Assembly: GCA_019828565.1 (NCBI GenBank)
Contig: JAHDYR010000007.1
Coordinates: 1-64,000, forward strand
Reading direction: 5' to 3'
From: Carpediemonas membranifera BICM
Taxonomy: Eukaryota; Protista; Fornicata
Length of the DNA stretch: 64,000 nt
Both the position numbers and the translations under genes were made by a program. Positions within the stretch are counted from its first letter, which is position 1. Each line of letters starts with the position of its first letter. Positions 22,893 through 35,172 of the stretch are shown here, in pieces. The notes under the pieces are model-generated. The model was not told the DNA's origin and ran no database searches. It saw only the letters and a program-made list of their open reading frames with translations.

Positions 22893-25800
22893 TGTCGGTT
22901 CGGTATCCCTTACCAAGGAGTATAGGGACCACTGGGAGGAAGATGATATTTTTATCTTTGACCACTAAAGTTCTTTTGTCATAAGAGACCACAATACTAG
23001 TATTTTCCATCTAATGACGAAACACAATGAGACCTACGATAGAAATGGGCCCGTTCTCGACGAGCCCGACATCAGCGCGCTGTTTAGATTCAATGAACAG
23101 CTGGAGCGCCACGTGCGCCAGGGCGGCTCCTCCAAGTTGCTCAAACGCATTGGCCCCGCAGTATATGCGTACTCCTCTTCATGTGGCGTCGATCTGCTGA
23201 GCGTCTACTCCGACGCCAAGTACACGGTCCGGACCCCCCCGTCAGACGACGAGGACGCGACCTTCGGACCCACTATCCGCCTCAAGGTACGCAACAGTAC
23301 TGCGTTCAGGGAGAGAGCCGTGCTCAACGCCCTCGGGCGAGTCCTCAGGCCGACCGAAGTTGAGCTCCAACGCCAGCTACTCAAGCTTTCATATGACGGA
23401 TTCCCCCATGTTGGGCGCTTCGCCCTGTTCGTCATATATTCCAACGTCGTCTGTCGCTCTTGGACCCAGAGCTATCGGAGAGGAGCATCCATGACCTCTT
23501 CGTGGGATCCATCCGCCACGAGGAGCTCCGCGCCCAGGTCGAGGGCGTCACCGCCGGCCTCCCCCTGGGGGAGGTCTTCCCCCGGGCCAGCGCCCTCATC
23601 CGACGCTTGTGTGAGGCGTCTTCGCTCAGCCGCCCCTTTGCTCAAACGACCGTCAGACGCGAGGAGAACAGAGGCCGCCAGGGTAAGCACAAGCGAAACC
23701 GGCCCCCGCCGAGTGGCCGCGACAAGCGGGTCCGACCGGAGCGCGACCGCTCTGCTCCCGTCCAGACTGGAGCCAAGCCCGACGTCTCCAGACCCACATG
23801 TTTCAACTGTGGCAAGCCTGGCCACAAGTCGTTCGAGTGCCGTAAGCCCAAGACGCGCTGCGAGAAGTGTAGGAAGGACGGACACCTGGCACAGTTCTGT
23901 AAGTCCAGTGTAAATCCGTCCTCCTATTTAACTCCCGCAACCGTCAAGACAACCCCTCAGGTGTGGACCGTAATTTCTGGTGGTCCCAACCTCCCGGTAG
24001 TATCTGCAGATATCACCGCACATTGTGGAGAGTCCGTGACTTGGAAGCTCGTGCTATATGACTGCGGCGCAGATGTCTGCTTGGTCAACCCCGACAAGGC
24101 CGCGTTGGCGGGCCTAACGCCGACCAAGTTGCCTGTGCCGATTAGGATCAAGAGCCCAGGCGGGTACATCACGGCTCACACGTCTTATGAGATTCCGCTT
24201 CACATGGCCAAGTCTCCCATGACTCCCAAGGGACTCCGGATACGATCACGGCATACGGAATCTCCAGCGACTACGACCTAGTTCTCAGCTACGGTATCAT
24301 GGTTGCGTGGGGCATCCTGCCATCCCTCGGCGCCGAGTCAGACGAAGTGGACGACGACGCAGAGCTACCCGAACTTGACTCACCGTCAGTTTTACACACT
24401 CTCAAGCACTTCACAGTCACTGCAGGACGGCACGCTACGCTGATACGTTTAAGCCCCGAGTCGGTTTCAGCAAGCTGGAGCCCTACGACTTAGTCCTTTG
24501 GGACAACCGAGTTGTCTCGAGTCGACCCTATACCACCGCCGAAAGAGCCATTGGTACAAGCGCACATCGACAAGCTCCTACAGAAACGCTTCATCGAAGC
24601 ATCCTCGCCGTACTCGTCCCCCACGATCATCGTTCCCAAGGGGAAGGACAAGACGAAATTCGTGGTAGACTTCAGGCGGATTAACGACCTAACCGACCCT
24701 TTCGACTATCCAATCCCTAAGATTGACGAGTGTCTCGCCCGTCTCGCGGGTTCCACGATCTTTGCGACACTCGACCTGTCGAGCGGTTATCATCAGGTGG
24801 AACTCACCGAGCGCTCACGTCCCTTAACCGCGTTCAATACGCCTATGGGGAAGTATCATTACACGGGAATGCCGTTCGGTCTCAAGAATGCTGGTGCCCA
24901 TTTCCAGTGGGCGATGGAGACCGCTTTCGGTCGGTAAGGCCTGTATCATTGACGATATCATCGTTTTCGGACGTGATGAGGGACAGTATCTTCGCAACCT
25001 CAACAGCGTGCTGGCTCGCGCGCAGCAGTTTGAACTGCTCCTCAACCGCGAGAAGTCCCATTTTGGCCTCGCCGAGGTCGAGTTCCTCGGCTGGTTAGTC
25101 TCCGGGTCGGGTTACAAGATCGCACCCGACCGGATCCACGACGTCATGCAACTGAAGTTACCGAAAACTAAGCGTGGCGCCCAAGCTCTGATGGGGTTCC
25201 TTAACTACATGCGAGATTTCGTTCCCCACTTCGTGTCGATAGCGTTCCCACTCCAGCAAGCTGCTTAGCTTCAGGGAAGGCAGAACCAGGGGGACCGGGT
25301 CAGGCAGAGGCCTTGGCCAAGATGAAAGACATCCTATGCTCTGCCCCTGCCCTTGAGCTATTCGACGTCAACAAGGATCATGTCGTAATGACTGACGCCT
25401 CCGATCTCGGCTATGGCGGTGTTCTGCTGCAGGACGGGCGCCCCGTCTGTTATATGTCGCGTGCCTTCACGGATGTACAGACACGCTGGAGCACTATTGA
25501 GCAAGAGGCGTTCGCCATCGTCTCTGCGCTCCAGCGTTTCCTTTGCTGGAAACCGTTTACACTGCGTACCGATCACCGCAACCTGGTCTATATGTCACGT
25601 TCGACCAACGCGAAAGTACAGCGGTGGTACGAGTCGATTAGCGACCTGCAGTTCACCATCAAGCATGTGCCCGGTGTCGATAACGGCGCCGCGGATGGAC
25701 TGAGCCGCGTCTACGCCATGTCCGCAACAGAACGATCAGATCTCAGCTACTCACCTCCTGAGCAATGCCCACCTACCCATCTACACGACGCTCGAGCGCT

Positions 25801-27795
25801 TGCGCACCCAGGGCCTTAAGGCCCCGGTCGAGCGGGTTGCTGAGGTGATCAAAGCATGTCCCATATGCCAACTGACTACCAGGCCGACTGAGGCCACCCG
25901 TCCTTATCTCCACACAGCTACGATTAAGCCTTTCGAAAGTGTGGCGATGGACACCATCGGGCCGTTGCCCGAGTATAATAGCTAACTACAGGTACATACT
26001 GGTGGTCGTCGATATGGCTTCCCGACTGACCGAGCTGGTTGCGCTCCGGTGTACCCGTGCCGACGAGGCCGTCAGGGCGTTCACCGCGGTACGGCGCGCC
26101 CAAGGTCTTGCAAACTGACGGCGGCAGCCAGTTCAACAACAAGCTGTTTCGAGAGCTGGCGGTGCGGGTCGGGTTCACGCCACACATTACCACGGCCTGC
26201 CACCCCCAATCAAATGGGCTGGTAGAGCGGGCCAACGCCACGGTACTCCGCATCCTCAAGGCTCGCAAATACGAGCTTGAGTCCGGGGATTGGGTCGAGT
26301 CCCTTCCTGTTGCGCGTTTCCTGGTCAACTCGGCGCCGCGAGAAAGGCGACCCGTCTGAACCCCTATGAGATCATTTATGGAACAGCGTTCATGGTCCAG
26401 GGTTGGTCACAACTGAGTCGGACTCGCTCAGGACCTGCTGGAAGCAGTGCAGCTGGCACGTGACCTAGCCGCAGCGCGGATCCAGGCTATGCGCGACGAC
26501 GCATTGCAGGCAGCGTCAGGACAGACTCCCATTACGTCACCCTACGTGCTAGTTAAGTACCCGAACAACCCCGCGAAGGAATTGATCCCGGCCGAGAGGG
26601 TTCGGGCATTCGTGGGCGACATATCGCGGGACAAGGCCCAGAGGCTGGCGGCAACGTCAGACTCAGAGTATTCAAATGTCAAGGACTGCGAGGCTCTGGA
26701 CACATTCTTGAAACGTGTTGGCAGGTAAATGCCACACCAATATGCTGGGGAATTCTTCTTGGTTTTCCGAGAAGAAGTCGTCCGGACGGACGATGAAGTG
26801 CTCCGAGTTCCCATACCGATGGGTGAAAGCCGCGTCGGGGGTGATGATAGTGGGTCGACCCTCGTATCCCACGAACTCGACCTTGTCGTAACGGAAGTAC
26901 CCGACGACCCGGCGCAGGGGGTAGTCACGCCCAGGATAGGAGCGTGAGCAGGGTCTCCAACGTCACGTCCTCCCCGTAGAACAGGCCTAGATCAGCCGGA
27001 AACTCGAGCTCAAGTCCAGCCAGAGCACAGTCCAAGCGGGCGTCCACGGTCGGGGCCCCTGAGTGCCTGACCCACGCGTGTCGGTAAGCCGACACGAAGG
27101 CCTGGCCGTCTTCGACCATGAGGCCGTGGGCCTCGGCGCCGACCAAGAGCCGGTGCAGGGCCGGATGAGCGCCCTGCATCACGGCGCGCCATACGATGTC
27201 AGGCGTAGTGTGAGGTATACCCCAACCGTCGGGGCAGCGGGCGGTAGCCCAAAGGCGGGTGAGCCCGAGGTAGGCTTTTAAGAACCGACTAGCGATCAGA
27301 CGGTCGTTGTCTCGTGCGATGTGTCCGCGACTGGCCCAGGTGCGAAGGGTCGTGGCCACACGCGACAGCTGCCAGGCAGCCCGGAAGTTGCCGGGGTGGC
27401 TACCTGCCTCGTTCAGGGTACCCTTCCCCAGACGCCACACGAGTTCATCAGATCCATCTATGAAGTTATGGTAGTGGCGCCATAGGATGTCAACGTAATC
27501 GACGAAGCTTTCAGGCTCGCCAGCGATGGGGCTCTCGGGCTCAGACTCGGGCTCGGTCGGGATGACAGAGGCGGCGAGGGAGTCGACCTGGAGGGACTCG
27601 ACCTCGGGCATAGGGCGGGCCTCATCGTCACCAAGGGAGTCAGTGGTCATGTCGGCGACAGGAGACTCGGTCTCCGGCTCGGTATCGGCCTCAGGAGTAG
27701 TGCCGGCGTCGGTTCGAGAAGGGTCTACGGATTCCTCAGCCACGGTGAGCTGCAAGGCGCTGACAGCGTCAAGTGCCTCCTCCCTGGTGGCCCAG
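22893..27795 (+). mobile_element. degenerate Gypsy D2 (LTR end 22993, decayed gag-pol 23014-26728, antisense ORF; 3' end lost)
   Basis: double CCHC knuckle, YDCGA protease, RT, RNase H and integrase fragments with many frameshifts and deletions. Confidence 0.85.
26730..27795 (-). pseudogene. antisense accessory ORF of D2 (frameshift near 26930; chromodomain-like tail)
   Basis: ORF 26925-27818 plus shifted frame RDYPLRRVVGYFRYDKVEFVGYEGRPTIITPD. Confidence 0.6.
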
Positions 27796-27810
27796 ACGAC
27801 GGTATGCAAG

Positions 27811-27883
27811 CCGATCATAGCTCAGTTGGCAGAGCATGGGACTGTAGATCCTGGGGTCGCTGGTTCAAATCCGGCTGATCGGA
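27811..27883 (+). tRNA. tRNA-Tyr(GTA), intronless
   Basis: acceptor CCGATCA/TGATCGG+A, D-arm GCTCAGTTGGCAGAGC, anticodon loop CTGTAGA, T-loop TTCAAAT, TTTT terminator follows. Confidence 0.92.
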
Positions 27884-27996
27884 GTTTTCAGTCAAGGTGA
27901 GCAGCATTCGTCAGATCCTGTCACAGGACCATCACTGGCACCTGCGCGCGCCGATCAATATGCACTTTAGGTCACACTTCGAAACGCATCGGCAGG

Positions 27997-28479
27997 ATGT
28001 CTGATAACGAAGACCTGCCGCCGCAAGACAGTCCCGATGAGCTTAACAAGCGTATCGAGAAGCTGGAGCGCTTGGTTAAGATACAATCGGAAGCAATTTT
28101 GGAGCAGCAAGCAGAAGCAGCTCGCCGTCCACTGTTCCTGGAGATGCCAAAGAGGTTCGGCCTCGAAGATGAGGCCAGATTCGTATACAAGACCATGAAT
28201 AGGATCGAGAACGGCGCAAAGATGAAGGAGATCGGGAACATTCTCTTTGCAAGAATCCAGTACCTTCTAATCAAGGACGTGTACACTGACGCTACTGCAG
28301 AGCGGTTCGAGAACTATTGCAAGGCGAAGGGCGTGCCTGATCGCGACGAGGTCCTGGAACTGGCGGCCCGCGCCAAGTCTAAGGGCGATAAGCGCGACGC
28401 TAATTTTCGCCGCGGTGGCCGCGCTCAGGACCGAGGTCGCACTCAGACAGGATCCTCCGGCAAGAGAGCCCACACCTAA
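27997..28479 (+). CDS. ORF1 (gag-like) of G1
   Basis: 160 aa, coiled N-terminus, basic C-terminus, directly after repeat A; identical in G2. Confidence 0.7.
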   Translation: MSDNEDLPPQDSPDELNKRIEKLERLVKIQSEAILEQQAEAARRPLFLEMPKRFGLEDEARFVYKTMNRIENGAKMKEIGNILFARIQYLLIKDVYTDATAERFENYCKAKGVPDRDEVLELAARAKSKGDKRDANFRRGGRAQDRGRTQTGSSGKRAHT

Positions 28480-28493
28480 CCCTCTTTCCATGC

Positions 28494-30153
28494 ATGAACG
28501 CGGCGTGGAGGGAGTGGCAGAGGTTGGGAGCATCACAACGGGTGATCAACTGGTTACGATACGGGGTCGAGATCCGTCTGAGAAGTCAACCACCAGCACC
28601 AAGGCAACAGCCGACAGTCGACCCATTCATTGTCCAGCAGATTCCTTCCTTGATAGAGACAGGCGTCATAGAGCAAGTGAATCCCTCTTCCCTGCGACAC
28701 ACCGCCTCGCTGTTTACTGTGCCGAAGGGCGAGTCGAAGAGGATCATTCACAACCTCACGATACTGAACGACTGCTCGGCAGAGCGCTCATCCTTCCGGC
28801 TCTACGGTCTGCGCAGAGCTCTCTCCCTTCTCCAGAGGGGCGACTGGATGGTCAAGTTCGACCTCAAGTCCGGGTACCATCAAGTACCAGTACGGAAGGA
28901 GGACCGCAAGCTGCTAGGAGTCTATCTTCCAGACGGACGAGCGTTTCAGTACAGAGTGCTAGGCTTCGGCTGGCGCGCATCGCCGTTCGTGTTTCAGACG
29001 ATCACCAACCAACTCGCCAAGATACTAGCCCTTCGGACGGGTCTTACCATCGTTGTCTACCTCGACGACTTCCTCTTATTTCACCGCGACCGAGAAATCC
29101 TGAGGAGGGCGGTGCCGCGCATCAGGCGGACTCTAGCCGACCTCTGTGTCCTCACCTCAGAGGAGAAGTCAGAATGGGCACCGACTCAGTCATTGGTCTA
29201 TCTGGGGCTCGTGATAGACTCCGCGAGTTTTACAATACGCCTCCCCGGCGGACAAGGCCAAACGTTACTCCTCTCACATTCATCAGGCTCTGGCAGGCAA
29301 GACCATCGATCAGGAGTCTTGGGCCAAGATCCTCGGGAGACTGACTTACTTCGCTACAACCGCCCACGGGGCTTTCCTCCGGCTGAGACACCTTCAACAG
29401 GACCCACTCTCCAAGGAGCTACTGCAAGAGTGGCTGCTACTGCTAAGAGAGCGCCCAGTCCGAGACATCAGAGAACTTCAGTCGCTTTGGGGCGCTCACC
29501 CCTCCTTAGACCTCGTCGTATCGACAGACGCATCTGGAGTCAAGTGGGGAGCAGCCGTGCACGGCGAGTATGGGACCTCAGCCTCGGGCACGTTCACTCC
29601 AGAACTAAGAGCAGAATCTATCAACGTGAAGGAGCTCGCGGGAATCCTACAGGGCATCCGTCTGATCGGCAGACAGAGTTCCCAACGCGAGCTATCGATC
29701 TTCTCAGACAACACATCAGCTCTGGCCTGGCTCAACAAGGCGGGGTCTACGAAGGCTCCACCTCAGGCCCTGCACATTCTAGCCCAGATCCAGAAGGAGG
29801 CGGAGGACCGGAACCTGACACTCCGTGGACTACACACTCCGGGCATCATCAACCTGGCAGCAGATCGGCTGTCCAGAGGCTTCTCACGACTCCCTTCCTC
29901 TCTGGAGTCCAGCATGGAATCTGTCCTCGCGGAGTGGGGTCCAGTCCAGACAGTCTCAGCGGACGTAGACGTAAGGCTTGGATGTCGCGTCCTCTGGGCC
30001 CCCAATTCGTCTATGGCAGCCATAGTCCAGAAGATAGCGACAGCGAGAGTTCAGACTCAGACTGGACACCCGAGGTCTTGGACCTCAGCAGTCTTTCTCC
30101 TCTACCCAGAGGTTCAAGCGCCGGAGATGAGACTCCTCAAGAGTTGGACGTCC
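28494..30153 (+). pseudogene. RT-RNase H of G1 (+1 indel near 29245; interrupted by B3, resumes 36105-36242)
   Basis: DLKSGYHQ, LGFGW, YLDD; comparison with intact G2. Confidence 0.9.
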
Positions 30154-30296
30154 TGTTGTGGGTCCTACCCAAAGTTACACAGATTTACGTTATATTTAAT
30201 AGTCAAGGAGTTTCTCCTCGACACCCTTGTGTCGAGTCTTCTCCTCAGTAAAAGTTCAACACCCATTGAACCACAGTACTAGTACTACCAAAACAT

Positions 30297-33200
30297 ATGG
30301 GTACGGAAACTTACAGAAGCCTGAAGAAGAATCCGCCTCTCCTGAAGAAGTCCTCCATGGACGCTCTTTTGGACTTTGCGGATAACCTCCACGATCATCG
30401 CGCCTTAGGCGGCCGCGATGATGTTATTGACCTCATCGAGCCTAGCATAGCAGAGCTAGCAGGCCTTAACGACGACGAAGAGGTTGAAGACACTCCTCTC
30501 CTGCTCTCCGCGAAGCTCCGTAAGAAACGTCGTGTCGCAGCCCAAGATGAACGAGTCCTCAAGCGCCTCGGTGCTGCCCTTCGACCTTCTCGCCCGAGCA
30601 TGCGTCTACAGCTCTTCCGAGTCCCCGCCAAGTCCTTCGAGCCTGATGAGGTTGCTCGAGTGAACCGCCGATTCAATCTGCTCTTGAAGCTCGTTCAACC
30701 CGAAGATCCCGAGGACGTCTTGAAGGAGACGTACAGCCGCTGCTTCAAGTTCCCCAACAACAGTCGCATCATGTATCGAGTCAGAGAATCAACGGAGCGC
30801 AAGGATCTCAAGGACGCAATGGCTGATGTCCTCGTCATGTCACGCGACCTCAAGGAGTCCAAGGAGATGATCGCTTCCTTCGGCGCTGCGGGGGTCTCCG
30901 ACTCACAGCGTACCAACACCACGCCCTCCCATACACGGCACACGGGGAGCGGTCCGAAGAACCCTCATCGACGCGAGCCTGACCGCACGAACGTAGCCCC
31001 CTCAAAAGGCAAGCCGATCGACAAGCCCAAGCACGAGAAGAAGCCATTCGTGTGCTTCAACTGCGGTAAGGTCGGTCACTCCGCTCGCCGATGCCCTGCT
31101 CCGAAGACAACCTGTTCCAAGTGCCAGAAGCCGGGCCACCGAGCTGAATTCTGCCGTTCTGAGGTAAATTCAGCTCGTTGTGTGTTTTCTCTCGGTTCCC
31201 GTCAGAGTGTCCTTCCCACCGTCAAGGCTAGCATTCTTAAGCAAGTCGTGTCCGTCCTGTTCGACTCGGGCGCTGACTGCGCAACCATTGACCCCAAGCT
31301 CTGCTACGGCAAGGCAGTGAAGTGGATCTCACACGAGAAGACACTTATCGAGACAGTGGGCGGCGTCAGAGAGGCCGAGGGTCAGGTATCCTTCCGCCTC
31401 GTCTTAGCGCCCTCGCCATTCACTCCGCGCGGATGCTCTATCACTATTAAGGCCTACGTCCTGTCGACCGCTTTCGATGTATGCCTGGGTTACCCTCAGA
31501 TGGTGGAGATCGGCCTTCTCCCTTCGTTGTCTGAGCCTACCAGCGAGCTCGCAGCCAGCGACGAACCACCTACATTCGAGAAGTACGTCGCGCAAGCCAG
31601 AGCCATGTCCTCTTCCTTTTCTCAGAGGCAGGCCGACATCCTCAAGCGTTACGCCCGGACATTCGTGGACCGTACCGAGCCAAGCCGGCTCGAACCGTAT
31701 GATTTGGTCCTCAAGGGCGACAGAGTCGTACACATTCGGCCGTACTATGTTCCCCCCGCCGAAAGTCCCGATCATTCAAGAGCACATTAATACGCTCCTG
31801 GCAAAGCGCTACATCGAGGCATGCCAGTCTCAATACGCGAGCCCTACCATCATAGTTCCAAAGAAGGGGGGAAAGACGCGTTTTGTCGTCGACTTCCGCG
31901 AGATCAATCAACTAACGGAACCATTCGACTACCCCATCCCTCGCATAGACGAAGTTCTCACTCAACTGTCCGGAAAGTCTGTGTTCGCTACCCTAGACTT
32001 GTCAGCAGGATACCATCAGATCCCTCTTACTGAACGGTGCCGTCACCTAACCGCCTTCCGTACTGTTTTTGGTCAATACCAATATACACGGATGCCCTTC
32101 GGCTTACGTAACGCCGGAGCGTACTTCCAGAGGGCGATGGAAGACGGGTTCAAGGGTCTGGTGGGCTCCGCCTGTGTCATATACATTGATGACATCATCG
32201 TCATGGGTGCGGATGAGGACGAGTACCTGGGAAACCTCGAAAAAGTCATGCAACGCGTTGACAAGCTTAACCTTCAGCTCGGCCGAGATAAGTGCCAGTT
32301 CGGTCGGCAAGAGGTCGAGTTCCTCGGGTGGATCATATCCCAAGGCAGCGTGAAGATCTCACCCCAGCGGACCGAAGATATCGCGAACCTCAAGCTGTCT
32401 TCATCCACGAAGGGCATGCAGGGTCTCAACGGATTCCTCAACTATTTCCGCGATTACATACCCAACTTCGCGGTCCGAGCTAAGCCTCTGCTAGACGCCA
32501 TGTCCGGTCGGCAGACCCCCCCTCGAGACGTTCTTCAGAAGTCGCTGGACGATCTGAAACAAGCTTTATGTTCGGCCGACGCTCTAGCCATGTTCGACGC
32601 GACTAAGCCTCACACCGTCATGACTGACGCATCCGATGTCGGGTACGGAGCAGTCTTACTCCAAGAGGGCCGACCAGTTTGCTATATGTCGCGTGCGTTC
32701 AACGACGTCCAGTCACGCTGGTGTACCGGTGAGAAAGAAGCCTACGCTATCGTGGCAGCGTTACAACGATGGCGCAAGTTCCTGTGCTGGGAGAGCTTTA
32801 CTATTCTCACGGATCACCGGAACCTACTCTATATGTACCGGTCCACCAACGCCAAGGTCCGCCGGTGGGCTGATTCGATCGCCGATTTAGATTTCACCCT
32901 ACAGCACATCGCCGGTCTGGACAACGGTGGAGCCGACGGTCTCTCGAGAGTATTCTCCATGCAACAGGCGTCGAGGGATCAGGTATCCCGCGCTCATCTC
33001 ACAGCAGGAGCTCATCTGTCTCGCCGGATGACAACCGAGCAACTTAGGGCCGACGGTTTGTCTGTCTCCCGTCAAGTCGTAGACGACGTGATTACCGCGT
33101 GTCCAGAGTGCCAAGTCTTGGCCCGCCCTCCTGTTGATACACCCGACGGCCTGCATACAGCTGTAGACCTCCCGTTCCGGCGTGTGGCCATTGACACCAT

Positions 33201-34236
33201 GGGTCCGCTACCGACGGTCAACGGCCTGTCCTACGTGACAGTAATGATCGACATGTGCTCCCGCTGGACAGAGCTAGTCCCGGTCAACAGCACCTCAGCC
33301 AAAGACGCAGCCAACGCATTGGTCAACACCTGGATTCTACGATACGGATGCCCCGAAGTCGTCCAATCGGATGGGGGCTCAGAGTTCAAAAACGCTCTGT
33401 TCAAACGCCTCTCCGAAGAGATGGGGTTCGACGTCCACATAACGACAGCATACCATCCCCAGAGCAACGGTGTCGTCGAACGCGCGAACAAGGAGGTCGA
33501 ACGCATCCTCAGAGCCAGGAAGCTGGAGTTAAGGAATAACGATTGGGTAGCACACCTACCAGTCGCCCAATTCTTGGTCAACTCAATGCCCAGGATCCCG
33601 ACCCGGTTGACTCCGGCCGAGATCATGTTTGGCGCCAATTTATCAATACCGTCATCGATCTATATCACGGATGCCGCCTCGGCTGGTCCGCCACAGTCGA
33701 AGCTAGCCGCAGCCGATGCCGCCATCCAACTCGCCAAAGCAAGGATTAGAGCCATGCGCGAAGACGCTCTCGCAAAGGCAACCTCATCGAGAAGCGAGAT
33801 ATTGAGCCGTTTCGTGCTGGTCAAATACTACCCAAGACCACCGAGCAAGCTAGCCCCGGGCTGGCGCGGCCCCATGAGGCGTGTCGCAGCCGTCAAACGT
33901 GATGGTGTTGTCGTCGCATATGAGGTACAAGACCTCAGTCAGTCAGCGGACGGTCCAACTATCAAGGTAGACGCGGCACGTGTGCGAAGATTTGACCCAG
34001 GCAAGCTCTCGGAGCAACAGATCTATGACCTCGCAGCCGCTTCCGTCGATGAGTGGCATGTCGAGCGCATCTCACGCTCTAGAGGCTCGGGCCCCAAGTC
34101 AAGGCGCGAGTACCTCGTACACTGGGTCGGATTCGAGGATTCAGAGGCTTCATTCGAACCTTATTCGCACGTCAAAGATTTGGAAGCCCTCGATACATAT
34201 TTGAAGTCTGACCAAGCCAAGCGTGACGGTCTGTAA
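30297..34236 (+). CDS. gag-pol of B3 (one extra C near 31755 splits the frame)
   Basis: two CCHC knuckles, FDSGA, YIDD, TDAS, integrase, chromodomain; B2 has 5 C where B3 has 6. Confidence 0.9.
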
Positions 34237-34278
34237 AACTTCTCAACATCGAAGCTGTATCCTCGAGGAACAAACGAT

Positions 34279-35172
34279 TTATTCAGAGCTAGATTCCTCG
34301 TCTTCCGTCTCCTCCGTGTCCGTCAGCTCGACCAACCAAGTCGGGTCAGCGTGGCGCTCAAGGGCGTTCTCAGCCAAGTACTCTCGCACACACCGGACAA
34401 GGCAGAGATCAGCGTTGAGGGACACGATGCTGAGTCCCGAGTATCCGTCATACTGCAGGATCAACACAAAAGACCCGGGACCACAAGTCGTCTTCAGATA
34501 CTCGTGACGGACTACGCACGTGACAGTGTAGTAGCGGTCCGGATCAGAGACCTGAAGCGGCTCCCAGTGAGCCTCATCGCCAATGGCGGGCAGGTAGCCG
34601 TCGTGGCACAAGCGGCTGACCAGGGTTGCCCAGAAGTCGTTGGGAGCCGGGATGCGCCGGCTGATGCCGTAGACAGCGACACGGAAGTAGTCCGGTGCGA
34701 GGACGAGGACCAACAGGCGGTTAAGATATCCGCGCGCTGTAGTGTCCGACTTGACCCCGCCGGCAGTCCGCACAGCCGCCACGAGAGCTGCAGAGTAGTG
34801 ACCATTACCGGGTGAAGATCCACCCAGCGTGATGTCGCGGCCCCGGATCGCGGCCGACACGATGTCGCCATCGGACAAGCGCTTCCTGCCGAGCTTGAGG
34901 TGGGCCCTCACACCGGCAAGCGCGACCTGGCAATGAGCCACGAGAGCCAAGACCTGCTGGGTCAGCTTCACGTCCTGCACTACGGCTGCGTCGTTCAGAC
35001 GACCTTGCTCAATAGCGTCAAAGATTCGCTGGAGCGGCAGCTCGATGGAGTTGGTGTAACCTTCCAGGCGTCGGGCAACCTCGGCCTTGATGTCGTGGGG
35101 CATCAGAGTCGTCATCGTCAGGGTGCGAGTGATGCGTTCTGAGGCTTGCACGCGGTGACTATATAACCTCAC
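34279..35172 (-). CDS. antisense accessory ORF of B3 (chromodomain-like C-terminus)
   Basis: 297 aa, one amino-acid difference from B1/B2. Confidence 0.75.
   Translation of the reverse strand: MRLYSHRVQASERITRTLTMTTLMPHDIKAEVARRLEGYTNSIELPLQRIFDAIEQGRLNDAAVVQDVKLTQQVLALVAHCQVALAGVRAHLKLGRKRLSDGDIVSAAIRGRDITLGGSSPGNGHYSAALVAAVRTAGGVKSDTTARGYLNRLLVLVLAPDYFRVAVYGISRRIPAPNDFWATLVSRLCHDGYLPAIGDEAHWEPLQVSDPDRYYTVTCVVRHEYLKTTCGPGSFVLILQYDGYSGLSIVSLNADLCLVRCVREYLAENALERHADPTWLVELTDTEETEDEESSSE

Noticed and set aside
26925-27818. 297-aa ORF starting inside tRNA-Tyr
   Set aside because: The ATG is supplied by chance by the tRNA reverse strand after a rearrangement; the real 5' end of the D2 antisense ORF is lost.
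30154-30290. Tf1-type self-priming via complementarity between the LTR R region and the PBS
   Set aside because: No sequence complementary to the post-LTR motif found by eye in the B or C LTRs.
31745-31765. Possible programmed frameshift between gag-PR and pol in B3
   Set aside because: It is one extra C in a homopolymer; B2 and relative C read through in frame, so it is a sequencing error or private mutation. The same applies to indels near 12260, 13090, 13600 and 29245.
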